64,000 bases of DNA, from assembly GCF_001194135.2 (NCBI RefSeq), contig NC_069005.1, positions 3,878,690 through 3,942,689 on the forward strand, in the 5' to 3' direction. The notes under the pieces were generated by a model. It did no database searches. It saw nothing but the letters and a program-made list of their open reading frames with translations, and was not told the DNA's origin. Within the stretch, counting starts at the first letter, position 1. Each line of letters opens with the position of its first letter. This document shows positions 55,646 to 64,000 of this stretch, piece by piece. The translations under genes were made by a program, and so were the position numbers. This DNA is from Octopus bimaculoides (taxonomy: Eukaryota).

Positions 55646-57964
55646 ATTTTAAGTGAATGACAGATAAGGTAATGCATGTGAACAACAAATGGTAGAAAAT
55701 AAGTATACAGAAAAGTACATACATATTCAAAGTATTTTATCGGTAGTAAACAGCAGCTGAATATTCTTTCAGATTTTCTCAACTACCCCGCTGTTCTCCC
55801 TGAGGGTGCATAGAAGCATATGCACACTAATAAATGATATAGGAACATGTGTGTGTCTTAGCATATACGTATATATGTATTTATACACACAGATATAGGC
55901 ACGCAAACATACATAGTAATAAACATATACATACCTATGTTTATTTAAATGAATATGTGTGTGAGCACATGTATACAGTGAAACAGAATTCTCGGGGGAT
56001 AAAATGTAAACTGCATGCACTTTAAGATTAAAATTGGAATTTATTTTCGAAATCTATGCTAACAAAACACATTAAGTTTAACAGAAGAAAATCATATCAA
56101 TTGCAGATTAAAAGTAATTACATATTCCTTAAAACAATGTACTTTTACGCATGTTATATTACCTACGCTCTATATACCTAAATATACACTTGTGTACATT
56201 AGATATACAAAAATACACACTTGTTTTCCAAGATAGTCTCGAAAAAATACTAATGTTCTACTTGGAGCAAGGCAACTTTTTCAACATACACTTAAGAATT
56301 CTTTCAATACTACTTCTGCGAATTGTTCGAGTTCTATGATGTTAAAACACCAGAAGCATATGCAGACTTTTATTTCGTACTTGTCGACTTAATCAAAATT
56401 AAATAGTTAATGACTAATACAATCTTTTTTATATATTCACCATAGTATTAGTTCTTTTGGAGTTCTAGTTAATTCTGGTGGCATAAAATATTTCGACATT
56501 AATTTCAATATTTTTTTTCCATGGTTATAGAATCTCCGAGAAGTTACATAAGCAGAAGCTATAAATTGTTTCTCCAGCTTCTTGACGGAGAGGTAGAGAG
56601 CGAATAAGTTCATCGCTAAGTCACAAATATCAAAGATGTTCTTTTGACTACTTAAATATGGATTATACAATACAGTGAAAGCAAAAATAAATAGATTCAA
56701 AAATAGCCATGAATTTAAATTAGTTAAGGAAACTCAGGTTACCAGCATTGATTGTAAAAATAGTTGAATTTACAGAAATGTAATAACATGCTACCTATAA
56801 ATTGATATTTTTCAAGGTTCCAAATGACTAACATTCCATATACCATTCCACAACTTGATAATACGTTACAGGTAATTACTAATGATCCATAAAGAACTGT
56901 TTATTTTCAGCAAATATCAAATAAATAATGGAGACACAGCAATGAGCTGCGATCCTTGTTGTATTGGCAAACCCACAAAACAATGCCATAAACGATACAG
57001 AAAAATACAGATTACCAATTCAAAAGTATTCTGAACAGGAGAGTAAAACATTTTGGGGTTTGTCTCAGCCGTGTATATTTTACGACACTTGAACACAAAA
57101 TTTCTTTGTCACGATGTGTTACTATAACCTGGTTTTATCATGAATATATTCATCACTGCAAAATGTGCAGGCGTGTGTGCGTGAGAGAGTGTGTGTTTGT
57201 GTGTGTATAAAGCTCTAGAGAGAAATATCATTCAGATATCTGGCGTCTAGATGATTTATAGAAGAAAGCAGCAAGAGTTAATCAAATATCCACAGAAATA
57301 TCTCTTCATTCTCGTTCTTTCACTGCAAACGTTTGTCATTTGAAATCTTAAATTAAGTCTAAAAGGTTACGTTATGCGAAGTTTGTTGTCCAAATGTTAA
57401 ACCATATCTAGACAGTTTAATTAATATTGCTGTACATTAACCGTGTGGAAGGGTTTATAACCAAGATATTGCAGCGTCCATATTGAAAATTGTTTGAAAT
57501 ATGGTTTTGTATTAAATTTAATCATATCTATGGCAAACGTAACAGTATCAAGTTTATGAATATTAGTGAATATTATGTTTCTTTTTAGAAGAGTGAATCT
57601 CAAACCATATAAAGTATATATAGTGGGTAAAATATCGGTATAAATATATTATTTCACGTCCTCCCGAAGTTTCAACATTCTTGTGATATCAGGAATATAA
57701 AATTCGCGCTGATAAGAATATAGTTTCTAAAATGGCAGAAGTTTGTCGTCTTTACAGAACATGGGTGCTCGTGTCCCAGACAATTATCGACTTTTTCTAT
57801 CCAAAGGAATTTTAAAAAACATTTAGACTTTGTTATTTAATGCTTCTTCTTAGAGAAATAAATCTCTTATGGGTCACTTAATCGCGTTCGGACAAAAGAT
57901 TTATTTTAATATCTTTCAAAATTTCTAACACACATACACACAAATATATACATATATATGCATT

Positions 57965-58240
57965 ACGTGATCGACCAGACTATCGAATGGTAGTCATTGC
58001 TGGTCACAATGCACTGGCCATCTCGTTTGAATTTTCGAATGATGACATTTTCCTGACAAGGTGAGTAGGCGGGCTAACATCTCACTTTATCGGAAGGCTT
58101 GCAAGGTTGCCTATTTTCTGACAAGAGGACTGGAGGCACATGAAATGAAGTGTTTTGCTCAAGAACCCAACGCGTTGTTCAGTCTGTTAATCGAATCCGT
58201 GATCTACCTCCCACACCTTAAGCACTAGGCCACCTACCTC
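57965..58240 (-). mobile_element. tRNA-derived SINE (C/D-like), diverged
   Basis: GATCGACCAGACTATC..GCTGGTCACAATGC at the left; TGAAGTGTTTTGCTCAAGAAC..AATCGAATCC..GCACTAGGCCAC (tRNA-head complement) at the right. Confidence 0.55.
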
Positions 58241-59079
58241 TCTCTCTATATATATAGAGAGAGTGATGCACCCTTATGGTTACACAGTGGTAATGTGTAT
58301 AGGAACACAAACATAGAGTGTAGTTGCCTTATGGAGTGGCTTCAGTCAACGTTAAAAACGGAGGCCTTCGTATGTAGAAAGGTGACAGCAGAGGATAAAT
58401 CTCCGTCTGGTTGACAGAAAAGCAAGCGAACCATTAGTTAAATGTGTGTGTGCAAAAGAACTGATGATTAAACTATAAGCGCTGTGGTTTAGTGGCCGTC
58501 GGCGGCGGAACTTACATATATCAAACAGCATCTATTGAATTAAAAGGGAAGGAAGTATGCTCAATATATTAACTTTGCAATAAACTAATATAATGGTTGT
58601 AATTTAACATGCAACAGAGGTGTAGGGTTTGTTGAGGAGAACAAAAGGTGTTTTCTACAATTTATACAAAAGGAAAGAAAATATGGAACCAATTTGTAAT
58701 TACAATTAAATTTCTTATATTTGAGATATAATTTATGTAGCTATAATGATTAATTAGACATCACTTTTCTTTTATGTTCGTAGCTAAATTAATTATAGAA
58801 GGCGTTATGGCTGATACTAATTTAGACTCGTCCTTTTGAAATTTATGATCGTTTGTCTGTAAGGTAATGTATTTAGAAGAAAAAAATATTTTATTACGGT
58901 GTGTAATTTATTGATACGAACATAGAAAGGGCAAGAATTTAGTGATTTAGTAGATTGCTTAAATACTCATGCTATTAGTGGGAATACAGTAAACGTTTAA
59001 ATATCGATAATTTGTTGTTATATTTTATATGAAAATCTTTTTTTTTTCAGCAAGAACTTATTTCATTTTCGAATTTAAT

Positions 59080-59308
59080 AAAGAGTAAAATAGATAGAGT
59101 AAAGCATTGAGAAAGAGTAAAATAATTAGAGTAAAGCATTGAGAAAGAGTAAAATAATTAGAGTAAAGCGTTGAGAAAGAGTAAAATAATTAGAGTAAAG
59201 CGATGAGAAAGAGTAAAATAATTAGAGTAAAGCATTGAGAAAGAGTAAAATAATTAGAGTAAAGCATTGAGAAAGAGTAAAATAATTAGAGTAAAGCGTT
59301 GAGAAAGA
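59080..59308. repeat. 32-bp minisatellite (AGAGTAAAGCRTTGAGAAAGAGTAAAATAATT) x~7
   Basis: Exact 32-bp period, for example at 59101 and 59133. Confidence 0.97.
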
Positions 59309-59429
59309 TGAAAATGTTTTAAAGTAATAACAAAATATGTGTAGCTAAGTATTATTTGAAGCGATTACACAGACTGTGTCACGTATCTTCTAGGTAAATA
59401 AGTCTTGGAGAACTTATGCGTATCCTTTA

Positions 59430-59687
59430 TCTTTTAAATGCGTCGGTCATTAGACTGCGCCCATGCCGGGGCACCGCCTGGAAGAGATTTTAACCGAGTG
59501 AATACGCTTCCTGACATTCTCATAAGCCGGTTATTTATTCTATCCGTCTCTTTCGCCAAATCTTTAGGTTACGAGGACGTAAAAACACTAACACCGGTAG
59601 TTAAGTGATAGTGGGGTACAGATACAAACACATAGACGCACACGTATATATATTTATAAATATGATGGGATTCTTTCAGTTTCCATC
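59430..59687 (-). mobile_element. SINE family B, cut off at 59687 by a LINE fragment
   Basis: CATTAGACTGCGCCCATGCCGGGGCACCGCC..GACGTAAAAACAC..GGGATTCTTTCAGTTTCCATC, then unrelated sequence. Confidence 0.85.
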
Positions 59688-60008
59688 AGGCAGAAGAGGT
59701 AGGCAACAGAACCAGAGGCAGCCCTCGGTTAGTGTGGATGGATAGATGGATGGTGGAAAGGTTTGATGGTTACAGTGGTTGGAGTGACAGAGGCAAGGGA
59801 GTATATAAATGATAGGAAATATTGGAAACTGTAGACGGATTAGTGAATTGTGTTGCTCAAAAGGGTACGGAACCAGCATATGCTGATATCGAGGGCTTGC
59901 TTTCTATGCCATGGCCCGAGAGTAGTACGGGGCCCGCCAGTTTGAGCTGGAAAATGAATGGAATGCCTGGTGTGTGTCTTTTTGTGGCTACCCCGTCCTA
60001 AACAGATT
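59688..60008 (+). mobile_element. 3' end of an RTE-clade LINE (ORF2 C-terminus plus probable 3'UTR), degenerate, running into the gap
   Basis: RGSPRLVWMDR and, after a frameshift, GVTEAREYINDRKYWKL* match the RTE C-terminal signature (RGRPR..WMD..G.T..EARE...DR..WR). Confidence 0.65.
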
Positions 60009-60463
60009 NNNNNNNNNNNNNNNNNNNNNNNNNNNNNNNNNNNNNNNNNNNNNNNNNNNNNNNNNNNNNNNNNNNNNNNNNNNNNNNNNNNNNNNNNNNN
60101 NNNNNNNNNNNNNNNNNNNNNNNNNNNNNNNNNNNNNNNNNNNNNNNNNNNNNNNNNNNNNNNNNNNNNNNNNNNNNNNNNNNNNNNNNNNNNNNNNNNN
60201 NNNNNNNNNNNNNNNNNNNNNNNNNNNNNNNNNNNNNNNNNNNNNNNNNNNNNNNNNNNNNNNNNNNNNNNNNNNNNNNNNNNNNNNNNNNNNNNNNNNN
60301 NNNNNNNNNNNNNNNNNNNNNNNNNNNNNNNNNNNNNNNNNNNNNNNNNNNNNNNNNNNNNNNNNNNNNNNNNNNNNNNNNNNNNNNNNNNNNNNNNNNN
60401 NNNNNNNNNNNNNNNNNNNNNNNNNNNNNNNNNNNNNNNNNNNNNNNNNNNNNNNNNNNNNNN

Positions 60464-60522
<59 letters not shown>

Positions 60523-61350
60523 CTACTGGGTTGAAAACCTTCTGGATAAAACGCCTGAGAGACAGCACAGCCTTCGCATTTTCCTATCCAAAACGGTTTT
60601 CAAACCTAATATTTACTAGCTATATAATTGGTTTTCTATGTTCGTATGTTCATGTGATTATGTTTGAGAGCAAATTGGTCTGTGTGTCTCTCTAAGTAGG
60701 TCTAACCTGTTGCAAATTGTCGACTCGCTGTAGTGGGAAATATATTTATGCGGAGGATAAATTCATTCTCGAGCAATCGGTTTGATAATTTTGATGTGTC
60801 GCCTTACATGTGAGGATTTTATGGAACTGGTCATTCATGAGACGGATGACATAATCCGTTTTCAAGATTATCAATTATTCACAATCTTTAAGCCGATTGC
60901 GCGTTTCTGAATTCATTGGATAACGGCTAACGCTGTCATGTGCACACTTTATACACATTCATGTTATTACGTAATCACACACATACACACAGGCTCTATC
61001 TCACTTACACATAAATGTATGTACAGCATCGAGGTATACGTTCACAGATTTATGCAGACACCCACATATTTTAATACAGTGACAATCATAGGAAAGCACA
61101 CGTTTAAATATATTCCCACACATATGCACAAAACAGATTCCCAGAAACATATAATTGAAACTCTCAGTTACGCATATAAATGTTTACACGGCAACATGAT
61201 TTTCACACAGCACAATTGGCGCAATAACAGATCCCCAACCACACATACATTTCAATACAATAACAATGATACACAAATCACCCATTCTCATGTACACTCG
61301 TACACATATAAATAAACGCGTAAAAATATACACAGTATTCCACATATACG

Positions 61351-61412
61351 CACATATGCGACCCTAGAAAATCGTTCATATACACACATATGCGATCCTA
61401 GAAAATCGCTCC
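61351..61412. repeat. 34-bp direct repeat x2 (CACATATGCGAYCCTAGAAAATCG)
   Basis: Copies start at 61351 and 61385. Confidence 0.85.
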
Positions 61413-61619
61413 TGCTAAAGAAAAAAATTGTCCGCAAAGAAAAAATAAATTCTCATTAGCAATAATTTCTCAAAAGATTAGACTCGGGAAAGAATTTTAA
61501 AAGAAATCTTCCTGCTTATCAGATGACGTTGAACCTTACACATGAACCTTCCTCCTATCCTTCCTTGCCTACAACCTCTTTCTCCAAACCTTCGTTTCAG
61601 TCACCCACCTTCCCATCGA

Positions 61620-62035
61620 CAGCATCATCATCATCTTTGACAAAATTACTATCATGATCGTTATCATCCTCACATTCTCACTCATTTATGATCATGATCG
61701 TCAAGATGATGGGAATCATCATCATTATTAGTCGTATCTGTATCGGCATAATCCTCATAATCACCGCCATCACTATCATCGCCACCGTAATGATTACTGT
61801 ATCATCAACAGCCATAGAAAATTCACTTCAGCATCATTGAAAACATTATCATCGTATTTTTCATCTTCAATATTGTCATCATTAACGTCACCACCAGCAT
61901 CCTTCTTATATCCATTATCATCCACATCATAATATCAGTATTATTGTCAGCCACACCAATGTCAATATTACTGCAATCATCATCAGCTCATACATCATCT
62001 GTAACAGAAGCCTGAGCATCAATATCATCCTCCAG
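61620..62035. repeat. Old degenerate (CAT/ATC)n trinucleotide tract
   Basis: CAT periodicity with many substitutions; the Asp-rich minus frame has stops and shifts. Confidence 0.8.
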
Positions 62036-62049
62036 GACAACTCAGGACT

Positions 62050-62800
62050 CTCATAATTGTTGTTATCAAATTAAGACCTGGACGCCATCTCGCTTATCAA
62101 TGGATAGGTCAACTTGTCAACCTCGTATTCCATAAGTTTTACCTGAGGGACAATTGTAATTTAATACTGGAAGTTGGTGAGATACAGCAAATCAGCATCG
62201 TCGTGGCATACGTTGGTGAGAAGTTAATATGTAAACCCTGGTTAATATTAATTATGCGGTACAGCTTTAATCATAAATTCGAAATATAGCCAGCCCATCA
62301 TTGTTTTGTAGACCCTAATTAAATTGCCTCCATCACTAAAGATGGTTAGCTTGTAATAAGCAAATACACGTATCTAGGTCACAACTTCCACCCATAAATG
62401 TTCAACTGTTAGACAAACATATCGCCACGGCCCATGGTATGGCTGAATATTCCGTCCACACGTGTACTCTTAACCTAATTCTCGGTCCAAATCAACATGA
62501 TCCCGGGATCTTTTGAATTCCAGGTACAATCCACTCGTTGGAATTCTTCATTTTACCTATACACAATGTTCCTCGTAAGGTGCAAGCTGCACTGAGATTG
62601 TAGAGAATCAAACGTTTCTATGAAATTACGCAAGGTGCATCGAGATGTGACATTCCATGGTCGCCAAAGAAACCTCTTTTGCATTAAGCCATACAGTGGG
62701 TAAGAGATTTTTAAAGAAATGTACACATTAGATAAATCCCGAATATGTATAAAGATAAATTTTGATATCCCAGTGTCTACACAACTTGTTTTGTCCTTGT
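62050..62800 (-). mobile_element. Possible highly degenerate LINE reverse-transcriptase remnant (RTE-like)
   Basis: Ordered minus-strand fragments LQSQCS..R (cf. PESQCGFR), RVDG.FS, YA//DDADL (frameshifted YADD) and VDKLTY. Spacing is imperfect. Confidence 0.3.
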
Positions 62801-64000
62801 TCAAGTCAACTTATATCATATTAAAATCCGCTCAACTGAGAATTATGTCAGTGTCCGACTAGAGTCATAAGATAATTATTTATTCCTTTGTCTTAAATTT
62901 TCTTATTATTGCTCATTTCTCGACAGACTCTTCGTTTAGAAGCATATGTATAAAAGTATCTGCACCAGGTTATTTGTATCGCAATGCTTAAGGAAAACGT
63001 ATATTTACACATAAATTTATACATAACACTTCGTAATGATTTTAATGTAAGACATGGTTTTCTAACAAACAATGTGTGTGAGAAGGAAAAATACAATGAT
63101 AGGAATTAATTCGTGTATATTTTTTTAATGAGCTCAATATTTTAATTTCTCAAGTATAGAACATGTCTTCGTTGTTACAAACTTGGTTTTTACCAGCTCA
63201 TCCATAACAGCGTGCGAATGATGTAATTATTAATCGCTTGTACATTACAGTATCGCATAGGAAACGAACCGTTTTACACAATGAGAATCATATGCGTCTG
63301 AGAGAACCTTATCTCCTTCCTGTATCATTGATTTCTCGTCTGTCACGTATTCAGTACAGATATTTTAAAACAGTTGTTTCTCTACAGGATGACGGTAACA
63401 GCAGTTAACATTCATTTTTATGTGATAACTATATTATACTGAATGTATAATAGTGAATGGAATGTGGTTCTGCTGTTGAATGTTGCAGACTTTCTGAAAA
63501 ATTATGCAGTTGTTTTTAGTTCTTGTCAATTCTAAAATTCAGAACTAAAATTTGATTTACGCGAATCATGGATATTCTCGCATTCTCCAAGGCATTTGCA
63601 TCCAGAACTACATCACGGAATATTTTGTTTATAATTCTAAAGTGAACTGGATTTTCAGAGTTATCTCGCTGCCATTTCTAGTATGTAGAGCGACCGTGTA
63701 CCAATTCCCGCATTAGAATATTAACGTAGCTACATTTACCAGTCTAGCAATATCGAGCAAGTAAGCTAAATGTTTGTTGTTTCGAATCGTATGAAACGAT
63801 TTCTGAAAGTGCTGTGCAAGATCTTTATTGCAACACAAGATCTCTTTGAACAGAATTAAAATCTACAATCAAAGAAAATAGGCGAATAACTGCTTCAGCA
63901 ACAATGGAAAGCAAATCCATGAAGGATTGTAATTCGTGTTGTCTGACAGGAATGAAAATGATATTTTGGACAAAAGCCGTTTGATAGGTGTGACGGAAAT

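Noticed and set aside
59080-59308. Regularly spaced repeats as a possible CRISPR array
   Set aside because: Contiguous units with no unique spacers, in a eukaryotic context.
61620-62035. Asp-rich minus-strand reading as an acidic protein exon
   Set aside because: Contains in-frame stops and frameshifts; a decayed (GAT)n repeat.

Overview
AT-rich, repeat-dense metazoan non-coding DNA (intergenic or large intron) from a gapped short-read assembly with 10 N-gaps, most bounded by (TA)n/(TG)n. The tRNA-derived SINE families and microsatellite load look like an octopod cephalopod (Octopus-like) genome; this is recognition, not a database result. I cannot support any host protein-coding gene, rRNA, true tRNA or CRISPR array, and most ORF-track entries are microsatellite or N-gap artefacts. 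The window contains several SINE families, degenerate LINE remnants (RTE-like 3' end and RT fragments, a probable L1/Tx1-like ORF1 5' end), a mariner remnant, a mariner-type MITE, minisatellites and low-complexity tracts. The most notable structure is a palindromic element at ~20705-20950. Its 65-bp inverted arms each spell a minimal type I hammerhead ribozyme of the Penelope-like-element type, with an intact core on the minus strand and a core-mutated copy on the plus strand. Boundaries of degenerate repeats are approximate.
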